IMG/VR virus record: IMGVR_UViG_3300031718_000005
Coordinates: 4,280-68,279 of that record
DNA length: 64,000 nt
Strand: one strand, 5' to 3'
Origin: a virus
Positions within the stretch are counted from its first letter, which is position 1. Every line of letters begins with the position of its first letter. The notes beneath the pieces were generated by a model. That model searched no databases, was not told the DNA's origin, and was given only the letters and a program-made list of their open reading frames with translations. Below, in pieces: positions 45,091 to 53,897 of this stretch. Position numbers and translations under genes: made by a program.

Positions 45091-45291
45091 ATGGAAAACA
45101 TCACAGAAGAACAGGTTTTGAAGTGGTTCGAGACTGCCGAATTACAAGACGCCATCGTCATCAACGCTACGGCTGCTGGCGTTATTCGGATGAGGCAGCA
45201 GCAGAACGGGCGGAAACGCCGCAGTGACGCGGGCCAGAAGCGGAAGGCTGAGGAGCCGGTGTTGAATTTCGATCCAAAGGACAGGCCATAA
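45091..45291 (+). CDS. hypothetical protein
   Basis: 66 aa from an internal ATG of ORF 44980..45291, with a basic C-terminus. Confidence 0.5.
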   Translation: MENITEEQVLKWFETAELQDAIVINATAAGVIRMRQQQNGRKRRSDAGQKRKAEEPVLNFDPKDRP

Positions 45292-46182
45292 ATGTTTGAC
45301 ATCATCAATCGATATACGCAAGCTGTGCTTTACCACAGCGAGACTGCCACTACCGTCAAAGAAGCTGTCGTGGCGGCTGTCGCTACTAAAGCCAACCTGC
45401 GCGATGCCGACCTGGGCGGTGCCTACCTGCGCGGTGCCAACCTGCGCGATGCCGACCTGGGCGGTGCCAACCTGGGCGGTGCCTACCTGCGCGGTGCCAA
45501 CCTGCGCGATGCCGACCTGGGCGATGCCGACCTGGGCGGTGCCGACCTGCGCGATGCCAACCTGGGCGGTGCCAACCTGGGCGGTGCCGACCTGCGCGGT
45601 GCCAACCTGCGCGGTGCCAACCTGCGCGATGCCAACCTGGGCGGTGCCAACCTGGGCGGTGCCTACCTGCGCGGTGCCGACCTGCGCGATGCCAACCTGG
45701 GCGGTGCCGACCTGGGCGGTGCCTACCTGCGCGGTGCCAACCTGCGCGATGCCGACCTGGGCGGTGCCAACCTGCGCGATGCCAACCTGGGCGGTGCCGA
45801 CCTGGGCGAATTCAGGACCGATCTAATTGCTGAGATTCTGAAACTGCCTGATGAGCTTGAAAATCTTCGCGATCAGTTGATTGCCGGTAAAATCAGCGGC
45901 TCGACCTATACCGGCGAGTGTGCTTGTTTGGCTGGGACAATCGCTAAGCATCGTGGGCTCACTACAATCTCAAGCGGAGACGTAATGTCGGACAATGCCG
46001 TAAAGTTCCAGGTTGACAGCTCTTCGCCTCGTGAAAAATGGTTCCTGAATGTCCAGAAGGGCGACACGCCGGAAACAAGCCAGATCGCCAAGATCACGCT
46101 CGGCTGGATTGAGGAGGCGATTGCGATACGCGATCACATCCGAGCAGTACCGGCGAAGCTGCTGGAGGAGATAAAGCGATGA
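45292..46182 (+). CDS. pentapeptide-repeat protein with distinct C-terminal domain
   Basis: 296 aa. 28 consecutive A(N/D/Y)L(R/G)(G/D) pentapeptides, then a roughly 120-aa Cys-containing domain. Confidence 0.85.
   Translation: MFDIINRYTQAVLYHSETATTVKEAVVAAVATKANLRDADLGGAYLRGANLRDADLGGANLGGAYLRGANLRDADLGDADLGGADLRDANLGGANLGGADLRGANLRGANLRDANLGGANLGGAYLRGADLRDANLGGADLGGAYLRGANLRDADLGGANLRDANLGGADLGEFRTDLIAEILKLPDELENLRDQLIAGKISGSTYTGECACLAGTIAKHRGLTTISSGDVMSDNAVKFQVDSSSPREKWFLNVQKGDTPETSQIAKITLGWIEEAIAIRDHIRAVPAKLLEEIKR
45391..45810 (+). repeat. 28 tandem 15-bp units
   Basis: Every unit reads GCC-(A/G/T)AC-CTG-(C/G)GC-G(G/A)(T/A). Only four positions vary. Confidence 0.95.
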
Positions 46183-46376
46183 CGAACCTTGACTTGATTC
46201 GTGAATTGCGCGGGAATGTCTGTCGATGCGGCAAGCCCAAACAACCGAAACAAACATTCTGTCGGAAGTGTTACTTCTCGCTTCCAGAGGAAAAACGGCA
46301 AGCGCTTTACAGTCGCGTTGGCGAAGGATACGCCGAAGCCTACGAGGACGCAATTTGCGAACTGGACGCAAGGTAA
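46179..46376 (+). CDS. small zinc-ribbon-like protein
   Basis: 65 aa with CRCGKPKQPKQTFCRKC, ATGA-coupled. Confidence 0.5.
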   Translation: MTNLDLIRELRGNVCRCGKPKQPKQTFCRKCYFSLPEEKRQALYSRVGEGYAEAYEDAICELDAR

Positions 46377-46403
46377 CGGTACTTCAGAAGGATTTAAGCC
46401 CGC

Positions 46404-46698
46404 AACTAGCGTGGTGAGAATGTTTGTAGCTGGCGTCGGAGTGGAAAGACACTCAGGCAGGGGTGCTGGATAAGCGAACCCAGGCAGGTTTCAGCAGATT
46501 AAGTTCGTAGCGCTGCCGATCAACTTCATAGCCGGTGAAAAACGGCACGCCAGCAAAGTAACTAGCGGGGTGAGAACTGAGTTAGTCTGATTTCACCTAG
46601 GAGCCGGAACGCGCACAGGTTGAAGGTTTTGGTGAACTGCGCAATTGGGTCAACCGCGATTGCGTAGCGGCTCCGAATGAAGGCAGATTGGTGAACTG
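46404..46698 (+). promoter_or_regulatory. iteron-like repeats in a 390-bp ORF-poor spacer
   Basis: AACTAGCG(T/G)GGTGAGAA at 46404 and 46560. TTGGTGAACTG at 46629 and 46688. Inverted GGAGCCG/CGGCTCC at 46601 and 46669. Confidence 0.35.
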
Positions 46699-46765
46699 AA
46701 GGCCCTTTTCCCTAGGCGGATCTAGACCGCTGTATGGCTTAACAGCGTACCAGGGGAGAGGGGCC

Positions 46766-47011
46766 TTGAGTTCATGGGAGGTTCTATTGGCTGAGCAATT
46801 GGTTGAGGATCGCATCGCGGCGGCGAGACTGGCTCGGGCGAGAGCTTTGGCGGTCTTGGTAAAGAACGATTGCATTCGGCTCTTGATCGGGTTGACCGAC
46901 GACGAATGGCAAAACATGGCGGTTCAGGCCAAGATCAACGCTCAGAAGCCGCCTAGCGAAGAGACGCGGCAGATGTTACTGGATATCGTGAAAGGGTGGA
47001 AGTGCGAATGA
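46766..47011 (+). CDS. hypothetical protein
   Basis: 81 aa with a non-ATG start. Its stop overlaps the erf ATG. Confidence 0.4.
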   Translation: MSSWEVLLAEQLVEDRIAAARLARARALAVLVKNDCIRLLIGLTDDEWQNMAVQAKINAQKPPSEETRQMLLDIVKGWKCE

Positions 47012-47784
47012 GCGAACAGCAAAACCTTGTGGTGCAGGACGAGCCGAAGGCAGTAGTTCCGATCACCATCTACGAGATATTCGCGCAACTAGCCCGCGAT
47101 CCTAACGTTGACCCAGTTCGCATTCAACAGTTGATGGAACTGCAAGAGCGGGCTGAGGCACGGCAAGCCGAGAAGGAGTTCATTGCCGCCATGAACCGCT
47201 TGCAGCCGAAACTGCCACGGATCACAAAACAGGGCAAGATCGCATTTGAGTCTCAGCGTACTGGCCAATCGCAGAACACGCCCTATGCTCGGTTCGAGGA
47301 CATCGACGCCAAGATCCGACCATTGCTGCATGACGAGGGGTTCTCAATCAGTTTCGGCACGGCTGCGCTAGAGAAGGGCGGCATTCTCATTACAGCCACA
47401 TTGAGCCACGCGGCGGGGCACAGTCGCACAGAGTCCATGCCGTTGCCGTTTGACACCAGCGGCAGCAAGAACAGCATACAGGCCGTGGGAAGCACAATGG
47501 CGTACGGGAAACGGTATTTAATTTGCGCCATGCTGAACATCATCACCGTGGGTGAAGATGACGACGGCAACGCTGTCTCGTTCATCGACCAACAGCAACT
47601 CAACAGCATCATGGACCTGATTATCGCTTCCGAGATGGACGAAACTTCTCAGGCCGCGTTTCGCAAGCTGATGAACGTGGAGCGGATTGAGGATATCCGC
47701 AAATCTAACTATCCGAAGGCCATGTCCGCGCTGCACGCCAAGTTCAAGAAGTGGCGGCAAGAACATCCCGAGGTTTCTGTGTGA
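47008..47784 (+). CDS. erf: Erf-family single-strand annealing protein
   Basis: TPYARFEDIDAKIRPLLHDEGFSISF and AVGSTMAYGKRYLICAMLNI fit the ERF family pattern. Paired with an exonuclease. Confidence 0.75.
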   Translation: MSEQQNLVVQDEPKAVVPITIYEIFAQLARDPNVDPVRIQQLMELQERAEARQAEKEFIAAMNRLQPKLPRITKQGKIAFESQRTGQSQNTPYARFEDIDAKIRPLLHDEGFSISFGTAALEKGGILITATLSHAAGHSRTESMPLPFDTSGSKNSIQAVGSTMAYGKRYLICAMLNIITVGEDDDGNAVSFIDQQQLNSIMDLIIASEMDETSQAAFRKLMNVERIEDIRKSNYPKAMSALHAKFKKWRQEHPEVSV

Positions 47785-48494
47785 AGTATTTACCCTACGA
47801 ACAGAGAAGTCGCGAGTGGTTCGCTGCCAGGTTGGGAATTCCTTGCTCCTCGGAGTTCCACAAGATTATCACTCCGAAGACTATGAAGGTATCCAGCCAG
47901 GCACCGGCCTACGCTCATCGTCTGCTCGCAGAGTGGGTGAGCGGAGCGCAGTTAGACGCTTACGAATCCCCACACATGATGCGGGGTCAAGAGCTTGAAG
48001 CGGATGCGATAGCGGCATACGAACTTCTAACCGAAACCGAAACCACTCCGGGTAACTTCGTCACCACCGATGACGGAATGTTGGGTTGCTCGCCGGACAG
48101 GTTGATCGGCGAGGTAGGCGACCTCGAATTGAAATGCCCAGCTTTGCAAACTCAGATCGGCTTCGCCATCGACGGCTTAGACGATGAGTACAAGTGCCAG
48201 GTGCAGGGTCGCATGCTGATCCACGGCCGAGAATTCTGCGACCTGTTCTCTTACCATCCGCTCGTATCCATCCCGCCGATTCGCCTACATCGCGACGAGA
48301 AGTTTATCGGTGCTATGCGCCCAGTGCTCGATACATTCGTTGAGCAACTACTGAAGGCACGGGAACTACTAGAGCAGCGCTACGGTCCATTCACGCGCAA
48401 CGAACCGAAACCAGCAGCGGCCGACATGCTAGGGGTGAGCGACAAGGATTTGCAGGATATTCTCAAGGCCAGGGAGATTGTAGAAAAATGGTGA
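47781..48494 (+). CDS. YqaJ-like (lambda Exo-type) recombination exonuclease
   Basis: RSREWFAARLGIPCSSEFHKI, GCSPDRL and DLELKCP give a PD-(D/E)xK signature. The GTG at 47781 overlaps the erf TGA. Confidence 0.75.
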   Translation: MKYLPYEQRSREWFAARLGIPCSSEFHKIITPKTMKVSSQAPAYAHRLLAEWVSGAQLDAYESPHMMRGQELEADAIAAYELLTETETTPGNFVTTDDGMLGCSPDRLIGEVGDLELKCPALQTQIGFAIDGLDDEYKCQVQGRMLIHGREFCDLFSYHPLVSIPPIRLHRDEKFIGAMRPVLDTFVEQLLKARELLEQRYGPFTRNEPKPAAADMLGVSDKDLQDILKAREIVEKW

Positions 48495-48862
48495 GAGAAA
48501 CCCAAGACGATGATTTTGGCGTAGAGATAACACAGCCCGAGTTGGTGCCGCACAATCTCCAAAAATACAGCATCACGCTTGACGCGGAAACCTGGGGCGA
48601 ACTTGTCAGCGCGTTGCTCCATCACGGTTACCAGGATCTCGCGAGCGTGCTAACTGCGGATCACGCGACTCCGACACCAATTAAGAGCGAGATAGCCAAA
48701 GTCCTGAAATCCTCCGAGAAGTGCCCGAAGTGCAACGGTGTCGGAGCGCCCTGGAATAATTCCTCATCGGTGCCCTGCGACCAGTGCGGCGGCTCAGGAC
48801 GCATAGCGGGTGCTGTCCCAGGTTGCCGATTGGTGGCTGGCGTGCGGTTAGAGGTGCGATGA
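48488..48862 (+). CDS. protein with DnaJ-type CxxCxGxG zinc finger
   Basis: 124 aa with CPKCNGVG...CDQCGGSG. Confidence 0.55.
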   Translation: MVRETQDDDFGVEITQPELVPHNLQKYSITLDAETWGELVSALLHHGYQDLASVLTADHATPTPIKSEIAKVLKSSEKCPKCNGVGAPWNNSSSVPCDQCGGSGRIAGAVPGCRLVAGVRLEVR

Positions 48863-49062
48863 AGCACGAATGGAAGATGCGCAGGATTACCGCCGACGAG
48901 CATCCTCAGTTGTGGCACTTGGAGGTGGACAGGCGCAACGGATATTACATCACAGCTTGCGGCTTACGCTTCGGTGCTGCCGGGAGTTGTTCTAGGAAAT
49001 ATGTCCCAGCCGGTGCATGCGTTAAATGCTTAAAGGCAAACACTAGGCTAGAGGTGAAATAG
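48859..49062 (+). CDS. hypothetical protein
   Basis: 67 aa from an internal ATG, ATGA-coupled. Confidence 0.5.
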   Translation: MKHEWKMRRITADEHPQLWHLEVDRRNGYYITACGLRFGAAGSCSRKYVPAGACVKCLKANTRLEVK

Positions 49063-49299
49063 ATGGCTCAAGAGAAATTGCGGCGTGTTCAGCTTCTTAC
49101 CGGCTGCGAAGATGATATGCACCGTCCGCTCTATGGTCTGTTCGAGGTGCTGATCAACGATGAGCAGCTTCGTCGGCAGATGCTCCGGGCCTATAAGAAT
49201 AGTGGTCGCAAATCGACGAATGGAGCGCTTGTTGTCAGGTATCAACCAGCAACGCAGGCGCAAGCAGAAAACATGGTCAAGCACCAAAACGCCCAATGA
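49063..49299 (+). CDS. hypothetical protein
   Basis: 78 aa. Confidence 0.5.
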   Translation: MAQEKLRRVQLLTGCEDDMHRPLYGLFEVLINDEQLRRQMLRAYKNSGRKSTNGALVVRYQPATQAQAENMVKHQNAQ

Positions 49300-49673
49300 A
49301 ACGCAGCCCAGTAAGGAAACGACGTCCTGGTGGACCGCGTAGAGGTCCGATGAGATGCGACGAATACCGCCTGTGGGTCGCTCTTCACGGCTGCTATATC
49401 TGCTATTTCGTTGTTCCGTTAAATGGGCAGTATGTTGAACGAGATGGTTTTCCTGGCGCTAAACACGCCGAGGCTGTCTCACAAGCGTGTCACACGGAAA
49501 ACAACGGCACAAGCTCTAAAGGTCCGGACAGTTCATGCGTTCCGCTTTGTCCGCATCACCACGCGGTTTACGATCAAGGGCGCAAATCATTCGAGTGGTT
49601 TTTCAAAGTGGACATGAAAGCCATCGCAGCGCAGTACTATGCTGCTTGGCTCGCAGAGGGCAATAAACCGTGA
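49296..49673 (+). CDS. DUF968/Ref-like HNH-type nuclease candidate
   Basis: 125 aa. Basic N-terminus, then CYIC...ACHTENNG...VPLCPHHHAVYDQG. Confidence 0.45.
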   Translation: MKRSPVRKRRPGGPRRGPMRCDEYRLWVALHGCYICYFVVPLNGQYVERDGFPGAKHAEAVSQACHTENNGTSSKGPDSSCVPLCPHHHAVYDQGRKSFEWFFKVDMKAIAAQYYAAWLAEGNKP

Positions 49674-49861
49674 AGATTGTAACAGTAAGCACGCAAGTGG
49701 AAATACCGCGAATCCCAAACTTCCTGAGGACCGCCGCCGGAATGCTGCCGCTAACCGCGTTTTCGGATGAGGGCTTGCGGGAAATCGGCGAGCAGTGGAT
49801 TGAGAATCTGCTGGAGAGGCGCAAAGAGCAAGCGGAGGATTCCAAAAACAATGACATCTGA
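49670..49861 (+). CDS. hypothetical protein
   Basis: 63 aa, coupled by a GTGA overlap (GTG start). Confidence 0.45.
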   Translation: MKIVTVSTQVEIPRIPNFLRTAAGMLPLTAFSDEGLREIGEQWIENLLERRKEQAEDSKNNDI

Positions 49862-50054
49862 AACCTTCGAGCTATACCACAAAAGCGGGGTAAGGCGCAC
49901 GATCCGGCTGAAGGCGTGGGGCTTCGCCACCAAAAGCGGCGTGTTGCGGCTTCATTCCTTACGTACCGGATCGCGGAAGCATGCGCTTCTAGTAAAGGGG
50001 CCGCGCGAGAAGTTGGTTGAGTTGGAAGTAACGATCAAAGCGAAGACTGGATAA
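49851..50054 (+). CDS. hypothetical protein
   Basis: 67 aa from an internal ATG. Confidence 0.45.
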   Translation: MTSETFELYHKSGVRRTIRLKAWGFATKSGVLRLHSLRTGSRKHALLVKGPREKLVELEVTIKAKTG

Positions 50055-50056
50055 CC

Positions 50057-50257
50057 ATGACAAAAGAATTGGCACTTCGGAATTGTAGGATGCTGGCCCT
50101 GAGGGAACTGCGTAGGCACGATACAGGTAGATCTGACACGGTGCTGACATATGCAGCCTGGAAACACATCCTGCGTTTCTGCGAAGAGGCCGGGGTAAGA
50201 GGCTCAATTCTTCGAGATGACATAACGACCAAGGGAACGAAAGCGAAGACTGGGTAA
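50057..50257 (+). CDS. hypothetical protein
   Basis: 66 aa. Confidence 0.45.
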   Translation: MTKELALRNCRMLALRELRRHDTGRSDTVLTYAAWKHILRFCEEAGVRGSILRDDITTKGTKAKTG

Positions 50258-50271
50258 AGGGAGAATCATCC

Positions 50272-50628
50272 ATGTTTCTGACTTTGCGCGGTCACGTGCC
50301 AGGAAAGAAAAATGCTTGGACTCGTTCAGCCAAAGGCGGGATGCACCTGCCTGCCGGAGTGAAGGCTGAGATTGACGGGCTGATCCTGCAAGCGAAGTCT
50401 CAGCGGCCAGAGCGCCCGATCAACATCGCGACCGTTTCCGCTACATTCTTCGTTAGTAATTTCAAGTCCGATCTGGACGGGAAACTCACTACGCTACTTG
50501 ATGTGCTGGTGAAAGCATCGGTGCTGCGGAATGACTCAATGGCGCACGTTCAGGCTCTCAAGGCTTACATGGTTCTCAATGTTCCGTTCGGGGACAAAAC
50601 CGATATCGAGGTGCGAGATATAGAATGA
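50272..50628 (+). CDS. rusA: RusA-family Holliday junction resolvase
   Basis: 118 aa. GHVPGKKNAW and SDLDGKLTTLLDVLVKASVLRNDS fit the RusA pattern. Confidence 0.7.
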   Translation: MFLTLRGHVPGKKNAWTRSAKGGMHLPAGVKAEIDGLILQAKSQRPERPINIATVSATFFVSNFKSDLDGKLTTLLDVLVKASVLRNDSMAHVQALKAYMVLNVPFGDKTDIEVRDIE

Positions 50629-50816
50629 AGATCCTGACTCCCTGGACGTACACCTGCCCGTTGAACAGCCCGTTGTGCAAGCGCGATAAACCGTGTATCG
50701 GATGCTGGAAGCTCGGGGTAGCGGAAGCGCAGCGCGATTTAGCGAAACCGCGCATGACGGCTCCAAGGTTGAAAGTGAAACCAGAGAAGCCAGTACTGCT
50801 GAGGAAACGGAAATGA
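50625..50816 (+). CDS. small Cys-containing protein
   Basis: 63 aa, ATGA-coupled. Confidence 0.45.
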   Translation: MKILTPWTYTCPLNSPLCKRDKPCIGCWKLGVAEAQRDLAKPRMTAPRLKVKPEKPVLLRKRK

Positions 50817-52025
50817 GTGCCGGCCGTGCGTTGGAGAAATGGCTTGGCGCAAGCTCTTAAAGCTCCGTTTCCCTGGTTTGGCGGCAAGTCTCGAGTCGCA
50901 CGCCTGGTTTGGGATCGTTTTGGAAATTGTGACAATTTCGTAGAGCCTTTCGCCGGTTCCCTCGCGGTTCTGTTGGGTCGTCCCCATGCTCCTCAAACCG
51001 AAACCGTCAACGATCTGGATTGCTACCTAGCCAACTTCTGGCGAGCTCTCAGCAAAGACCCCGTTGAATTAGCCGAGCACGCCGATTGGCCGGTAAACGA
51101 AGCCGATCTCCACGCCCGTCATCTGTGGCTCGTGAATCAGACTGAATTCCGGGAGCGCATGAAGACGGATCCAGACTTCTACGATGTCAAGATAGCGGGC
51201 TGGTGGGTATGGGGAATCTCTCAATGGATCGGTTCAGGATGGTGCTCGAGGCCGGAATGGACCGGGCGCACCAATGCAGGGCGAGTTAACCGAGGTGTTC
51301 ATCGCAACGTCAACGCTGAGATTCGTCCGTTTCTTTCAAATGGCGGCATGGGCGTCCATCGGCAACTTCCGCAGCTCTCAGGCGACTCAACCGCACAAGG
51401 CCGTGGCGTCTTCAGTAACGACGTACTGGACCGCAAGCGTCCGATGATCCACGGAACACATATCGGCAAGGGCGTCCATGCGAAGCGTGCCAACCTTTCA
51501 GGGCGGGTAAACGGCGTCGGAGTGCATGCTGACCGCTGCAACGCGCTCCTCGAGTACTTCTACGCCTTAGCCGACCGATTACGACGCGTCCGGGTATGCT
51601 GTGGCGACTGGACTCGAGTACTCGGGCCGTCAGTCATGGTCAAGCACGGTGTCTGTGGAATCTTCCTTGACCCACCGTACGACATGCGCATTGTTTCAAA
51701 CGCGGGATCCGGGCGAGACGGCGCGGCGCCTTCAGACGGATTATATTCAGAACACGATAACGAACTATCGGCAGAGGTAAGGAAATGGGCACTCGAGAAC
51801 GGCAATAACCCACTCCTGAGAATCGCCCTCTGCGGATATCAGGAGGAACACGACATGCCGGAAGAATGGGAATGTGTCGCCTGGAAAGCGCAAGGCGGGT
51901 ACGGAAACCAGGGTACCGAGACGAACGGGCGAAAGAACGCCGGCCGGGAGCGAATCTGGTTCAGCCCCCACTGCCTGAAACTGGGATTATTCGGCTTAGT
52001 GGAATTTGAAAGTGCGAACGTCTGA
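50817..52025 (+). CDS. Dam-like (D12 class) N6-adenine DNA methyltransferase with large insert
   Basis: PFPWFGGKSRV, FVEPFAGSLAV and IFLDPPY motifs. A roughly 100-aa insert carries four GVH(R/A) motifs. Confidence 0.8.
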   Translation: MPAVRWRNGLAQALKAPFPWFGGKSRVARLVWDRFGNCDNFVEPFAGSLAVLLGRPHAPQTETVNDLDCYLANFWRALSKDPVELAEHADWPVNEADLHARHLWLVNQTEFRERMKTDPDFYDVKIAGWWVWGISQWIGSGWCSRPEWTGRTNAGRVNRGVHRNVNAEIRPFLSNGGMGVHRQLPQLSGDSTAQGRGVFSNDVLDRKRPMIHGTHIGKGVHAKRANLSGRVNGVGVHADRCNALLEYFYALADRLRRVRVCCGDWTRVLGPSVMVKHGVCGIFLDPPYDMRIVSNAGSGRDGAAPSDGLYSEHDNELSAEVRKWALENGNNPLLRIALCGYQEEHDMPEEWECVAWKAQGGYGNQGTETNGRKNAGRERIWFSPHCLKLGLFGLVEFESANV

Positions 52026-52129
52026 GAGCTTCTATGCCCCTGGTGATTAACCGTGGTTTGCTATTATGTTCGTGCTCTTCTCGACTTTGGTTCATCGGTA
52101 GCAGTGCACAAACGTTCGCACTTTGAAGC

Positions 52130-52747
52130 ATGCTAAAGGCACTTGATCTGTTCTGTGGGGCGGGAGGCGCAACAAAGGGCTTGCAGCGTGCCGGGTTCCA
52201 CGTCACAGGTGTCGATATCAATCCGCAGCCGCGCTATTGCGGGGATGAGTTTCACCAGGCCGATGCACTCACGTTTCCGCTGGAAGGGTTCAATTTCATT
52301 TGGGCCAGTCCGCCTTGCCTTAAATACACCACAGCGACGGCCAGGTATCGCAAAGCCGGTAAAGTTTATCCGCAATTGATCGAGCCGATGCGGGCACGGC
52401 TAACCGGTTGCGGTGTTTTGTGGGTAATTGAAAACGTTCCGCTCGCTCCGGTTCGCCGTGATCTGACTTTGTGTGGTTCGCAATTTGGCTTGCCAATTGT
52501 ACGACATAGGGTATTCGAATTTAGTTGCCCGATTGGCGTGTTGCTTCCCTCGTGTGCGCACGTAAAGAATCCGATTACGGTATGCGGAGACGGGATGTGC
52601 TCAACGACGCGGGCACGAAGACGCAAACAGGGACTTCCGCCCGACGTGCGTATTGCTGAAAAAAGAGCCGCCATGGCAATTCCGCCAGCCTACAGCGAGT
52701 TCATCGGCAGGCAGGTAATGGAAATACTTCGGGAGGGCGCACGGTAG
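52130..52747 (+). CDS. short DNA cytosine-5 methyltransferase-like protein
   Basis: LDLFCGAGGATKG (motif I), ASPPCLKY (PC motif), VIENV and QFGLPIVRHRVF. Only 205 aa. Confidence 0.7.
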   Translation: MLKALDLFCGAGGATKGLQRAGFHVTGVDINPQPRYCGDEFHQADALTFPLEGFNFIWASPPCLKYTTATARYRKAGKVYPQLIEPMRARLTGCGVLWVIENVPLAPVRRDLTLCGSQFGLPIVRHRVFEFSCPIGVLLPSCAHVKNPITVCGDGMCSTTRARRRKQGLPPDVRIAEKRAAMAIPPAYSEFIGRQVMEILREGAR

Positions 52748-52930
52748 AAACTCTCTACCGCTGCGTTGAGCGATGAGAAAAGCCCCAAACTCAAATGGTG
52801 AGGGGTTGAAACTGGGTGAGGCCGTAAAAACGAGCAAGCTGGGCCATTGCAAAGTTGCCTTAGAAAGTGATACCATTGGTTCAGTCGTTAGCAATCACCG
52901 AACCTCCGTCTTTCGGACCGGTTCACGACC

Positions 52931-52965
52931 GACCCACCCCCTAGGTGGGTTTTGTCGTTTTTTTA
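52931..52965 (+). terminator. rho-independent terminator
   Basis: Stem CCCACC / GGTGGG with a 5-nt loop, followed by TTTTGTCGTTTTTTT. Confidence 0.6.
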
Positions 52966-53509
52966 CTTCCGCTGGCGGTTCCAGGTTTTGGTTTTCGAGA
53001 CCCTGTATCCTGGAACCGCTTTCGACCTATTGCGGTTTAATCCGGTTCTGTGGTACTCTTGGGGCGTAGTTCTGTAGTCCTCCGGCCAGAGGTGAACTGC
53101 ACGGAAACGGGTGCCTGACTCATCGCAGGCACCCACGGTTACGATGAGATTCTCAGCACATCTCGCAGTAATAATCAAAACATCACAAAGTCCCGTTTCT
53201 TCCTTGGCCTCACTACGTCTGGGCGGGACACATCTACGCTGGCGGGCTTAGGAAACCAACGCGCTACCAGGGGATTCACCCGAGCGCGGATGCGGTGGGC
53301 GAAACGGATGACCGTGGGTGAGACGGCTGTTGGCCGTTCAAAGCACCGGATCTGGCGAGTCAACAGGTGAGCCAGAGCCGATCAATGGGACCCATACGGG
53401 AACTTCAAAGATTCGGTTAGCCTAGCTTTCTCTGCGGAGCGAGCTAGGCAGGACTCTGCCTCTCTTGCCCACCGTATTCTTAAAGATTCCCCCCTCGGTA
53501 GGCAGTTTT

Positions 53510-53815
53510 ATGAGAAAAGCACGAACACGAAAGCAGCGACGGCGAATCCTCTACGAAGCCTTGATGAGGTTGGAGGGGATTGACCCCAACCCGAAGTGGA
53601 CAGCACAGTACCGCGTCTATCTGAAGTCGGAAGGGTGGCGAAAGTTCGCCGCCAAGATTCGTGCTGATCGGGAAAAGTGCGAACGATGCGGCTCAACGCA
53701 AAGTCTGCAAGTTCACCATCTGACGTATTACCGATTGGGCCGCGAGCACCCGCAAGACGTGCAACTGTTGTGTAAATCATGCCACGAGGACGTTCATGGG
53801 AGGAAGTTCGAGTGA
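53510..53815 (+). CDS. HNH endonuclease
   Basis: Motif CERCGSTQSLQVHHLTY...LLCKSCHEDVH. Start placed at an internal ATG. Confidence 0.8.
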   Translation: MRKARTRKQRRRILYEALMRLEGIDPNPKWTAQYRVYLKSEGWRKFAAKIRADREKCERCGSTQSLQVHHLTYYRLGREHPQDVQLLCKSCHEDVHGRKFE

Positions 53816-53862
53816 TTCGGGAAGCCCCACGAAGCCTGCCGCCGATTCCTTTCACTTTTCCC

Positions 53863-53892
53863 TTGACTCCTGTTTTGTCTTAGGACTATAGT
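53863..53892 (+). promoter_or_regulatory. sigma70-like promoter with flanking TAGGAC direct repeats
   Basis: TTGACT, 18 nt, TATAGT, then 5 nt to the ATG at 53898. TAGGAC occurs at 53881 and 53892. Confidence 0.45.
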
Positions 53893-53897
53893 AGGAC

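Noticed and set aside
44892-45227. 111-aa Trp/Gly/Arg-rich ORF across the G+T-rich array
   Set aside because: Its composition simply reflects the GGT/GGC-rich DNA. It has no RBS and overlaps the better small gene starting at 45091.
45391-45810. Possible CRISPR array
   Set aside because: The units are 15 bp and contiguous with no spacers, and they lie in frame within a pentapeptide-repeat gene.
45296-45826. 176-aa CAMPTWAVPT-repeat ORF
   Set aside because: It is a shifted frame of the 15-bp pentapeptide units and stays open only because of the repeat.
52963-53363. Two minus-strand ORFs (71 and 62 aa) between the methyltransferases and the HNH gene
   Set aside because: Both need TTG starts, are Arg-rich, and run through strong hairpins and the plus-strand terminator. 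The region is treated instead as a structured non-coding region, at low certainty.
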